54,058 nucleotides of DNA, taken from positions 1-54,058 of the IMG/VR virus record IMGVR_UViG_3300031776_000001. One strand, given 5' to 3'. This document shows, in pieces, positions 25,684 through 34,158 of the stretch (its first letter is position 1; each line of letters starts with the position of its first letter). Position numbers and translations under genes: made by a program. This DNA comes from a virus (Duplodnaviria > Caudoviricetes). The notes beneath the pieces are model-generated. The model was not told the DNA's origin. It saw nothing but the letters and a program-made list of their open reading frames with translations, and searched no databases.

Positions 25684-26172
25684 ATGTACCTCTGTGGTCG
25701 CTGTCACGGCACAGGGCTCCACCAGGGCCACCCCTGCCCCGTCTGCGCAGGCTGGGGCGTCTTGCCCGGCATCCACGCCACCTGCACCCGTTGCGGTGGC
25801 AAGGGTTCCGATGCCCGGGGCTACACCTGCCACCTCTGCTACGGCAAGGGGTGGGTGGCCTCGACGGTCCAGTACCAGGAACCACCGGTCACCCGGATCC
25901 CGGTAGCCACCCTGGCTGCCGTCTGGCTCTCCGCCAGGTCTGGCCAGCCCTCCCCCGTAGGGGAGCGCGCCACTGGCCTCGCTGCGGGGATCCTCCTCGC
26001 CCTGCAGCAGCATCGCGAGGACAATCACCTCGACGTGGGAGTGCAGATCCGGCAGCTCCTGCGCGAGGGTGGCTGGATCCTCATCGCCCCGGATGGGCTC
26101 TGGCACCTGGTGGAGGGGAAAATCCCCACCCGTATCCTGATGTTCCCGGCTCTCGGTTCGCGAGGTTCGTGA
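25684..26172 (+). CDS. DnaJ-type Zn-finger protein (162 aa)
   Basis: Four CxxCxGxG repeats. Confidence 0.8.
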   Translation: MYLCGRCHGTGLHQGHPCPVCAGWGVLPGIHATCTRCGGKGSDARGYTCHLCYGKGWVASTVQYQEPPVTRIPVATLAAVWLSARSGQPSPVGERATGLAAGILLALQQHREDNHLDVGVQIRQLLREGGWILIAPDGLWHLVEGKIPTRILMFPALGSRGS

Positions 26173-26186
26173 AAGGAGGGAGAACC

Positions 26187-26453
26187 ATGGCTGCACCAGT
26201 GAGCACCTTCCCCCGCGTCCTGCGGGAGCTCCGCGAGAAGCATGACATGAGCCAGGCGCGCCTGGCCAAGGCTGTCGGCGTAGACCACTCCTACATCAGC
26301 CGCCTGGAATCTGGTCAGCGGCGCCCCAGCTACGACATCCTCTTGGCCATCTCGAGTGCCCTGGGTCTCAGCGCTGAGGAGCGGAAACTCCTCTTCGCCA
26401 GTGCCTGCTACCTCTTGCCAGAAGAAATCGAGTTGATCCTGCGCAAGCGCTAG
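26187..26453 (+). CDS. XRE-family HTH transcriptional regulator (88 aa)
   Basis: LRELREKHDMSQARLAKAVGVDHSYISRLESGQRRPS. Confidence 0.92.
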   Translation: MAAPVSTFPRVLRELREKHDMSQARLAKAVGVDHSYISRLESGQRRPSYDILLAISSALGLSAEERKLLFASACYLLPEEIELILRKR

Positions 26454-26469
26454 GAAAGGAGGACATCCC

Positions 26470-27027
26470 ATGCCCGTCGCAACCCTCACCCCCGACACGC
26501 TGGCCCCCTTCCTCCGCGAGGTCCGCTTCTCCTACGACGAGGAGTATGGCTGGGTGGCCGAGGTACCAGGCTACGAGGACCTCCTCTGCACAGCCGGGAG
26601 GACGCCGGAGGAGGCCCTGGCTGAGCTCGTCACCCTCATCGAGGCGGAGCTCCGCGAGGAGGAGGAGGAGGGGGAGACAGAGAGCCTCCAGCCCGTCGGC
26701 TTCTCCCTCGATCCCGGATTGCCCAGCCCCTTCGGGATCCCCTGGCGCTGGATCCTGCTCCCAGCCATCGTCCTCACCCTGCTCCTCCTCACCCTGGTGG
26801 TGCGCTCACAGCCCGCTGCGCCGGTGCCGACACCACCTGCCTCACCCACCCGGTGGTCAGCACCGGCACCAGCACCACCACCACTGCTCCTCACCCCCTA
26901 CCCCGGGAGCAGCCGGGAGCTGGAGCGGGAACTGGAGCTGGAGCGCCGCCTCCGCGAACTCGAAAGGCGCCAGGACCTGTGTGCCGACCCAGATCTGCCA
27001 CCGCACTTGCGAGACCGTTGCCGCTGA
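26470..27027 (+). CDS. HicB-like N-terminal domain + transmembrane helix + Pro-rich/coiled-coil tail
   Basis: EEYGWVAEVPG..LCTAGRTPEEALAEL; TM segment WILLPAIVLTLLLLTLVV. Confidence 0.65.
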   Translation: MPVATLTPDTLAPFLREVRFSYDEEYGWVAEVPGYEDLLCTAGRTPEEALAELVTLIEAELREEEEEGETESLQPVGFSLDPGLPSPFGIPWRWILLPAIVLTLLLLTLVVRSQPAAPVPTPPASPTRWSAPAPAPPPLLLTPYPGSSRELERELELERRLRELERRQDLCADPDLPPHLRDRCR

Positions 27028-27036
27028 GCCGCTCCC

Positions 27037-27072
27037 AAAACGAAAAGGGGCCAGGCACGGAGCCTGGCCCCT
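27037..27072 (-). terminator. Intrinsic terminator between convergent operons
   Basis: AGGGGCCAGGC-ACGGA-GCCTGGCCCCT; followed on the minus strand by a TTTCGTTTT tract. Confidence 0.85.
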
Positions 27073-27088
27073 GCTTCATGGTCCTGTC

Positions 27089-27430
27089 TCAGCGGCGGGA
27101 TCCCTCATCCAGTGGTGGGAACTCGATGACACCGAAACTCGCCGTCGGCCCCGTCGGTGGCTGATTATCCTGGTGGTCACCACGCTTCACGTAGCGCACC
27201 GTGAGGCTGGCAGCTGCCGCCAGAGCCAGCCCGGTGCCCAGCGTCTCCTGGATGGCATCCGGTGCCAGCTGCGTCACCATGGCCACCGCCATGCCGACTA
27301 CCAGTGCCACGAGGGGGGTGAAGCGCCCCTTGAGGGCCGGTACCACCTCGATGATGGTCTGGACCAGGAACACCACCAGGATCACCGCCTGGAAACCTCC
27401 CAAGAGGATCCCGCTGACGTCGAGATCCAT
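27089..27430 (-). CDS. Holin
   Basis: 113 aa, three hydrophobic segments, directly after the endolysin. Confidence 0.75.
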   Translation of the reverse strand: MDLDVSGILLGGFQAVILVVFLVQTIIEVVPALKGRFTPLVALVVGMAVAMVTQLAPDAIQETLGTGLALAAAASLTVRYVKRGDHQDNQPPTGPTASFGVIEFPPLDEGSRR

Positions 27431-27431
27431 G

Positions 27432-28901
27432 TCAGCTCACCTCCTTGCGCCTCTCCAGGCTCTCGAGGAGCCGGTTGCCGATATCCACCACCATGGCCAG
27501 ATCCGCCGAAGCTCTCTCGACCAGCGCCAGGAAACCTGCCAGTTCCCCTACCAGCTGCTCCCGTTCCTCTTCCAAGGCTTGCTCCTTGGACTCCCGCAGC
27601 CGCTGCAGCTCTTCGCGGAGTTCCAGGAGCTCTGCCCCCACTCGCCCCAGCACCACATGGTAGTCCTCAGCCTTGCCGAGGTCGGGGCGGTGCTCCATCC
27701 TGGCCCTCTCGAAGTACTGCACCGTCACCCCATTCTCGCGGAACTCCTCCGTGATGGGCCACCCGAAGATGGGTAGTCCCCCTCGCTCCTCCCAGAAGCG
27801 CCGGAACCCGCCACCGAGGTGCACTCCAAAGGGGCCGACGCGCACCACCGCCATCTTGTCCTCCGCCGGGGAGCCTCCCGCGCCCACCAGAGCCAGGAAG
27901 CGCTCCCAGGGGAAGTAGGGGCCGGGATCAGTGTGGCGGCCAGCGCCGCCACCGAACTGGGGCTGGTTGGGATCCGGCACATCCACATGCCCCGCGATAC
28001 CTGGGATACCCGCCAGGATGGCAGGGCGGTCCACCCGCCGCACCGGCACCCGGTGCCGCTGGCAGATGCGGGCCACCAGGGCTGCTCCCACCCGCAGCGT
28101 CTCCTCCTCGACAGGAGGGTTGCGGCGGGCTGAACCCACCAGCTCCACGTTGACCGAGGCCTGGTTCACCGCAAAGTTCCCCGCCGTCCAGGCAGTGTCC
28201 TCCTCCGAAACCAGCTGCACAATCCGCACCGGCTGGGAGGGATCATCCCGCCCCACCACATAGTGGGCCGAGGCCTGGGCCCGCGGATTGCGCAGCCAGT
28301 TCACCGCACTGGTGAAGCTCCCCTCCGTGGTGTGGATGATGACCCAGAGGACACGGCGCCCACCGCGCCCATAGGTGAAGTTGGACTCCGGTGCGGGTAA
28401 CCTCTCTATCCGCGGCAGCGACATCGTCTCCACCTCCTGGTGTCGCTCCATGAACCGCACCACGGCACCAGTGTACCACACTGGATCATTTCCGTCCTGC
28501 GCAGGGGCCCAGAGGGGGATGATGGACTCGACAGTTACCGCCCCCCGCTGGGCATAGGGATAGCGTGGATCCACCAGCCGGTGCGCCGCATCGCGAAACC
28601 CCTCAGTCCAGGAGGGGTAGCGGATGAAGCGCCCCTTCTCTGTCTCGACTGGGATGCCCACACCGGTGGAGCTGGACCGGGTGTTCCCAGGGTTCTTGGT
28701 GTCGTACTTGGCCACGATGCCTTGGGTGCCGAAACGCGACTCGCACCAGAAGATGGCCAGGAGGAACAAGGGATCCACTCCCCAGGCCACGATGGCATCG
28801 TAGCTGGGCCCCGCCTCCGCGGCGGCAGGTGAACCGTACTGAGCCAGGAGCTCCTGGAAGCGCTCTCGGGATATCCTGGGTGCCACTCCCACGACTCTCA
28901 T
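27432..28901 (-). CDS. Modular endolysin: glucosaminidase-like + Amidase_2 + QYFER cell-surface repeat + coiled coil
   Basis: GVDPLFLLAIFWCESRFG..NPGN..YPSW; IHTTEG..SAHYVV..GH..HTDPG; GGLPIFGWPITEE..VQYFERARMEH. Start trimmed to 28901 (GGAGGAGG RBS). Confidence 0.9.
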   Translation of the reverse strand: MRVVGVAPRISRERFQELLAQYGSPAAAEAGPSYDAIVAWGVDPLFLLAIFWCESRFGTQGIVAKYDTKNPGNTRSSSTGVGIPVETEKGRFIRYPSWTEGFRDAAHRLVDPRYPYAQRGAVTVESIIPLWAPAQDGNDPVWYTGAVVRFMERHQEVETMSLPRIERLPAPESNFTYGRGGRRVLWVIIHTTEGSFTSAVNWLRNPRAQASAHYVVGRDDPSQPVRIVQLVSEEDTAWTAGNFAVNQASVNVELVGSARRNPPVEEETLRVGAALVARICQRHRVPVRRVDRPAILAGIPGIAGHVDVPDPNQPQFGGGAGRHTDPGPYFPWERFLALVGAGGSPAEDKMAVVRVGPFGVHLGGGFRRFWEERGGLPIFGWPITEEFRENGVTVQYFERARMEHRPDLGKAEDYHVVLGRVGAELLELREELQRLRESKEQALEEEREQLVGELAGFLALVERASADLAMVVDIGNRLLESLERRKEVS

Positions 28902-29107
28902 GAACCGTCCTCCTCCCTGGCCGCGTGGAACCCCTGCGCAGCAGCCCCACCCAGGGGGCGGAGGATGTAGCGGTGTTGTTCCGAGAGGTGCATCCGGCGC
29001 TCCAGCTCCTGCACCTTGCGCCGCACCTGGATGATCTCCTGCCACTGCCGTTCCGGTGTCTCCTTGGGGTGGCCGATGGAGAGGAGGTCACGCAAGATCC
29101 CCTTCAT
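28898..29107 (-). CDS. Small lysis-region protein (69 aa)
   Basis: GAGGAGGT RBS; ATGA overlaps on both sides. Confidence 0.7.
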   Translation of the reverse strand: MKGILRDLLSIGHPKETPERQWQEIIQVRRKVQELERRMHLSEQHRYILRPLGGAAAQGFHAAREEDGS

Positions 29108-29322
29108 GACGACCTCCTCTCCAGCCTCTCGATAGCCCTCTCGGCCAAGTTGGTGGTGGAGAGGGCGATCTCACGCCAGGCATCACGCTCTCGCGCCACT
29201 TCACGGTAGTGCCACCCGAAGACCCACCAGCCACGGGCACCGGCGATGAGAATCAGGAGCAGCATGGCCACGGCGCCCAGATCCGAGAGTGCCCCGAGGA
29301 GCTCAGGGTTCAGGATCTCCAC
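29104..29322 (-). CDS. Small membrane protein (holin/antiholin-like)
   Basis: Single TM segment followed by coiled coil; upstream of the endolysin. Confidence 0.65.
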   Translation of the reverse strand: MEILNPELLGALSDLGAVAMLLLILIAGARGWWVFGWHYREVARERDAWREIALSTTNLAERAIERLERRSS

Positions 29323-29349
29323 TCCCCCCACCCCCTTTCTCGCATCGCC

Positions 29350-31236
29350 TCATCCGATGAACACTATCTGCAACCGGTTGAAGAGCCCAGCTGATGACTC
29401 GGTGGTGCTGGACCTAGCGGTTCCGCACCAGATCACCACGCTGATGGCGTCGTTGGCGGAGCAGGACAGCAGGATCTGCCCCTGAGCCAGGACGAAGTCG
29501 TTGGTGTTGATGTTCTGGTCATAGACGAAGAAGGTGGTGGTGTTCCGCCGCACCCGCAGTGACACTCTCCCACCACCACTGACGCCGTTCAAGAGCACCG
29601 CCACCATGATCAGGTAGAGCCCCGCGAGGCCCACCGTGTAGAGGTGGTTGGTGTTGTCCCAGCTCCCCGGCCCCACCAGGCTCACCGCGTTGGGGAAACT
29701 CACCACCGTCTCGGTGGAGGCAGCGAAGCTCTGCGACGTGGTCTTGCCGCGAAAGAGGAAGGGGCGGTTGCTAGTGGTCACATACCCGGTGACCGCCAGG
29801 TTGCCGCTGATGGTTCCCCCGCTGGTTTGGAGGAAACTGGACGCATGCAGCCCATCCACCAGGTCCGCATTGAGGTTAGTGCAGAGTGTCCCGTTGGAGA
29901 CTGGCACCTGGTTACTGGAGTTTCCGGCATGGTAGTTGTCCAAAAGATCCGCATGCAAGTTGGAGCCCGACCCCTGTGGCGACACCGCCACCGTCACCGT
30001 CTTGGTGCTGGTGTTGGCCGAGAGGCTGATGTTGCTCCCAGCGCTGAACCGGATGGTATCCGTCGGAGCGCTGGCAGCGATGTTGGTGCTGCCCACCTGC
30101 ACCACCGAGTAGGCATCCTGGTTCTGGAGCGTCGAAGCATGGACACCATCCACCAGGTCCGCATTCAGGTTGGTGCAGACCGTGCCGTTGGAGACCGGGA
30201 TCTGGTTGTTGGCGTTACCCGCATGGTAGCTGTCGAGAAGGTCGGCGTGGAGACCTGAGCCTGCACCCTGTGGTGAGACGGCTATCGTCACCTGCTTGGC
30301 CGACGTGTTGGGCGTCAGCGTCACATTGCTCCCCGCCACCAGCCTGAGGGTGTCCCCCGGATCCGTGGCCGCCACGTTGGTGCTCCCGACCTGCACCACC
30401 CCGTAGCTATTGACACTGCCCCCACCACCCGTGGCGGCGATGGTGACCCGTTTGTTGCTGGTGTCCGGCGTCAGCGTCACATTGGAGCCTGCCACCAGCT
30501 CCACCGTATCCGTCTTGGTGGTGGCCGCGATGATGGTGGTGCCCACCTTCACATTGGAGAAGGCAGGCTGGTTGACCTCCGCACCCGCCTGGATCCCATC
30601 CAGCTTGCTCTTGTCGGCGCTACTCATGAAACCTGCGCTGGTTGACGTGGCGTTGGGATGGGTGTGCGAGGCCGCGGCAAAGGCGCTGGCGTGAGCACCA
30701 TCGACGGTGTCGGCATCCAGCCCAGATCCGGCCCCTTGGGGCGACACCCCCAGCGTCACCCGCTTGTTGCCGACATCCGGTGTCAGTGCCAGGTTGCTCC
30801 CCGCCACCAGGGTGAGGGTATCGGTCTTGCTGGTGGCCAGGATCCCGGTGGATCCGACACGGACCTCGGAGAAGGCAGGCTGGTTGACCTCGGCCCCGGC
30901 CTGGATCCCATCCAGCTTGCTCTTGTCATCCGGGCTCATGAACCCCGCGGCACTCGAGGTGGCATTGGGGTGACTGTGGGCCGCTGCCGCAAAGGCGCTG
31001 GCATGGTTCCCATCGAGGAGGTCGGCGTCCAGCCCAGAACCCTCTCCCTGCGGTGTGATATCCCCCGGGGCATGGGTGTGCGCGGGGATGGCCACCTGAC
31101 GGGCTACCCAGCGCCCCTTGGTCGCGTCCCAGAGCAAGAGTGCCCCATCGGTGGGGGTGCCAGAGATCTCGACATCCAAGAGCTGGCGCAGGCGGGTGCC
31201 GCGAGGGATCACTCGTTGAAATGTCTCCTCGGCCAT
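29350..31236 (-). CDS. Tail fibre protein 2 with C1q/TNF-like C-terminal head
   Basis: Repeats of GSGLDADLLDG, HxH and AGFMS..DKSKLDGI; C-terminal YTVGLAGLYLI beta domain. Confidence 0.85.
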   Translation of the reverse strand: MAEETFQRVIPRGTRLRQLLDVEISGTPTDGALLLWDATKGRWVARQVAIPAHTHAPGDITPQGEGSGLDADLLDGNHASAFAAAAHSHPNATSSAAGFMSPDDKSKLDGIQAGAEVNQPAFSEVRVGSTGILATSKTDTLTLVAGSNLALTPDVGNKRVTLGVSPQGAGSGLDADTVDGAHASAFAAASHTHPNATSTSAGFMSSADKSKLDGIQAGAEVNQPAFSNVKVGTTIIAATTKTDTVELVAGSNVTLTPDTSNKRVTIAATGGGGSVNSYGVVQVGSTNVAATDPGDTLRLVAGSNVTLTPNTSAKQVTIAVSPQGAGSGLHADLLDSYHAGNANNQIPVSNGTVCTNLNADLVDGVHASTLQNQDAYSVVQVGSTNIAASAPTDTIRFSAGSNISLSANTSTKTVTVAVSPQGSGSNLHADLLDNYHAGNSSNQVPVSNGTLCTNLNADLVDGLHASSFLQTSGGTISGNLAVTGYVTTSNRPFLFRGKTTSQSFAASTETVVSFPNAVSLVGPGSWDNTNHLYTVGLAGLYLIMVAVLLNGVSGGGRVSLRVRRNTTTFFVYDQNINTNDFVLAQGQILLSCSANDAISVVIWCGTARSSTTESSAGLFNRLQIVFIG

Positions 31237-31255
31237 GGCTCCTCCTCACCCGCTC

Positions 31256-31837
31256 TCAGTGCATCACCCACTGTGACCCGTTCCAGCGCTTGACCGGGAG
31301 CCAGACCCAACGGGTGCCGTCCCAGCGCTTGACGGGATGCTTGACCCATGAGGTGCCGTTCCAGCGCTTCACACCCGTACCGCGGTTGTAGACCAGGTAG
31401 GCACCGATCCGCCCCGAGTGGGCAGTGCCACCCGTGGCAGTACTGATGCCACCAGTGGACGTCTTGTGGTAGTGGGTGCCCCCGCTCCCGTAGCTCCAGA
31501 CCGCCTGGCCACTGGGGTTGCGCCACCAGCCGACATAGTACTCCCAGCCGTACTGGGTGACCATGGGCTCGAAGGTGACCTCGGTCCAGGACTGGCCTCC
31601 TGTATTGTTGCCACCCGTCGGGAAGGTCACTGAAACGGAGCGCAACAGGTTCCCCTGGTAATCCCAGACGCAGACGTAGCCGGTGACAGGTCCACCACGT
31701 CCACCGACATAGACACCCGCGCCAGTGATGATACCCCCCTCAGGCATCACGATCTTCTCGGACCAGATCTGGTTCTCGTAGTTGACGCCAGTCCACTCCC
31801 AGGATGACCAGGGCCCAGTGTAACCGACCTGCGGCAT
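31256..31837 (-). CDS. Fibre-associated / receptor-binding small protein
   Basis: G/W/Y-rich beta domain with three C-terminal VKRW(N/D)GxxW repeats. Confidence 0.65.
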   Translation of the reverse strand: MPQVGYTGPWSSWEWTGVNYENQIWSEKIVMPEGGIITGAGVYVGGRGGPVTGYVCVWDYQGNLLRSVSVTFPTGGNNTGGQSWTEVTFEPMVTQYGWEYYVGWWRNPSGQAVWSYGSGGTHYHKTSTGGISTATGGTAHSGRIGAYLVYNRGTGVKRWNGTSWVKHPVKRWDGTRWVWLPVKRWNGSQWVMH

Positions 31838-31846
31838 GTTCCCCTC

Positions 31847-33589
31847 CTAGGACAGCACGGTGCTGGTGTCGATCCAGATGTCACCAGTGCGGGCATCCGA
31901 GGGCGCGGAGCTCTGGACATAGATCCGGCCACCTTGCAGGTTGTTGGCACTGCGGTAGACCACCAGATCATCGCCGCTCCCACTGGAGCCGATGCGGGCC
32001 ACGAGGCGCCCTCCACCTGAGACCACCCAGATCCGCCCCATCTCGTTGCCGGATCCATCTACGAAGATGATGGCTCCTGGCGCGTTGGAGGTGCTGCCAC
32101 CAGCCCGGAGGTGCAAGTTCTTGCTGGAGCCGATGATGAGATCCCCGCTCATCGTCCCACCACTGGTCTCGAGGTAGTTGGGGTGGGTGTGCGAGGCGGG
32201 AGCGAAGCTGGTGGCATGGTAGCCGTCCACCATGTCGGCATTCAGGTTGTTGCAGAGGGTGCCGTTGGACACCGCTACCTGGTTACTGGAGTTCCCAGCC
32301 CGGTACCCATTGACCATCTCAGCATTGAGCCCCGTTGCGCTGAGGGCGATGGTCACCGTCTTGGTAGTGGCATTGGCCGAGAGGCTGATGTTGCTCCCCG
32401 CTGACAGTGCCAGCGTATCCGTCTTGCTGGAGGCCGCTATCGTCGTGGAGCCCACCGCCACGTTGGAGAAGGCATTCTGGTTCACCTCGGCACCCGACTG
32501 GATCCCGTCGAGCTTGCTCTTGTCGGAGCTGGACATGAATCCCGCCGCACTCGAGGTGGCGTTGGGGTGGGTGTGCGTCGCCAGGGCAAAGGCACTGGCA
32601 TGCTGCCCATCCAAGAGGTCGGCGTCCAGACCAGAACCGGCTCCTTGGTTCAGGGCCAGCGTCACCGTCTTGGTCGTGTTGTTGGGCGTCAGGGTGAGCT
32701 GCGTCGTGTTGCTGGCCAGCGTCAACCGGTCATTCCCAGTGGTGGCTTCCACATCGGTGGTGCCGACGCGAACCTTACCGTAGTTGATGAGACCAGACGA
32801 GGAGGACAGGGCATCCAGGCGGCTCTTGTCGGTAGCGCTCATGAACCCGGCACTGGTGGTGGTGGCTACCGGGTGCGTATGATCAGCTGCCGCCGCACCG
32901 ATGGCCGCAGGTGTCAAGGCATCAGGTCCCCCCGCCGCATGGCGGCTGGCATGGTTGGCCAGCGCCGACAAGGTGATGGGAACCGTATCGGACCAGTTGG
33001 TGGTGCCCAGGATCTCGCGGATCCGCTTGACCAGCCAGGAGAGGATCTGCGTCAAGCTCCCCGTGTTGGCGTAACTCGTGGAGGTTCCCTGGTCCACGGT
33101 GCGGTTGCCGATTTTGGCATCCGTCACCGCCCCATCGGCAATCTTGGCAGAGCCGACAGCACCATCAGCGATGGCCGCAGCGTTGACGGCGCCATTGGCC
33201 AGCTTGGTGCTGGTCACCGCGCCACCCGCCAGCTTCACCGTCGTCACCCCACCATCGGCCAGCTTGGCAGTGGTGACTGAGCCATCAGCCAGCGGCGAGG
33301 CTCCACCCGGGCCGAAGAGTGCCAGCACCTGGAAACGGATCCCACTCTTGATCCAGCGCACCGTGTTGGTCGCCGGATCCAGAAGCTCTATGTCATAGCG
33401 CCCAGTGGGAGAGGCCAGCGTCTCGGTGTTGACGGACAACTCCCAGTAGCCAGTGCCCGAGGCACTGGAGGTCTCCACGAAACTGGAGCCCAGCGTCCCA
33501 TCAGTGTTCACCGGATAGGCCCGGACACGCACCCCTCCCAGAGGTGCCCCCTCGCGGAAGGCATAGCCACTGAAGACCAGAACCGCCAT
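31847..33589 (-). CDS. Tail fibre protein 1
   Basis: VTTAKLADG repeats, HASRHAAGG, LDADLLDG modules, ends in APSDARTGDIWIDT. Confidence 0.85.
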   Translation of the reverse strand: MAVLVFSGYAFREGAPLGGVRVRAYPVNTDGTLGSSFVETSSASGTGYWELSVNTETLASPTGRYDIELLDPATNTVRWIKSGIRFQVLALFGPGGASPLADGSVTTAKLADGGVTTVKLAGGAVTSTKLANGAVNAAAIADGAVGSAKIADGAVTDAKIGNRTVDQGTSTSYANTGSLTQILSWLVKRIREILGTTNWSDTVPITLSALANHASRHAAGGPDALTPAAIGAAAADHTHPVATTTSAGFMSATDKSRLDALSSSSGLINYGKVRVGTTDVEATTGNDRLTLASNTTQLTLTPNNTTKTVTLALNQGAGSGLDADLLDGQHASAFALATHTHPNATSSAAGFMSSSDKSKLDGIQSGAEVNQNAFSNVAVGSTTIAASSKTDTLALSAGSNISLSANATTKTVTIALSATGLNAEMVNGYRAGNSSNQVAVSNGTLCNNLNADMVDGYHATSFAPASHTHPNYLETSGGTMSGDLIIGSSKNLHLRAGGSTSNAPGAIIFVDGSGNEMGRIWVVSGGGRLVARIGSSGSGDDLVVYRSANNLQGGRIYVQSSAPSDARTGDIWIDTSTVLS

Positions 33590-33613
33590 CGTCGCCCCTC
33601 CCCAGAACTGCCA

Positions 33614-34156
33614 TCACACTGCGCGCCGCAACTTGGAGTGATCCCGCCCTTCCAGCGCTTCTCTCACATAGTAGAGTGGATCGCGGATGGCATCGTCCTC
33701 GTCGATGAAGATGATCTGGATCCCCCGCTCCGCAAAGTAGAGGAGCCGGAAGAGATCCCGCTCCTGCCGCTCTGATCCCAGCACATAGTGCCAGTACAGT
33801 CCACTCACCTCGATGCCGATACCCAGGTCCGGCAAGAGGAAGTCCACCTGTGAGTAGAAGCCACGCCCTACCCCTGGGAGCTGCACATGGACGAAGAAGT
33901 CCTCCTCCGGCTGGTATCCCAGCTGCACCAGCGCCCAGTAGACTGCCCACTCAGGCTTGGTGCCACCCGGGTAGCGCTGGCGCCACCAGAGTGGCGGCTC
34001 TCCCGCTGGCTCCTGGACACGGAAGCTCTCCAGTCCACGCAGGCCGCGGGGGATCAGGGTGACGTCGCTCCTGCCGAAGCCACGCGGCTCCCGTGGTATC
34101 CCAGGGAGACGCGGGATCTTGCCGCGCCGGGGGAGCTTGGTTGAGATCTTCACCAT
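33614..34156 (-). CDS. Vsr/DUF559-like endonuclease-fold protein
   Basis: TKPE..VY..L...VDFLLPDLGIGIEVSGLYWH...RD. Confidence 0.65.
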   Translation of the reverse strand: MVKISTKLPRRGKIPRLPGIPREPRGFGRSDVTLIPRGLRGLESFRVQEPAGEPPLWWRQRYPGGTKPEWAVYWALVQLGYQPEEDFFVHVQLPGVGRGFYSQVDFLLPDLGIGIEVSGLYWHYVLGSERQERDLFRLLYFAERGIQIIFIDEDDAIRDPLYYVREALEGRDHSKLRRAV

Positions 34157-34158
34157 GG

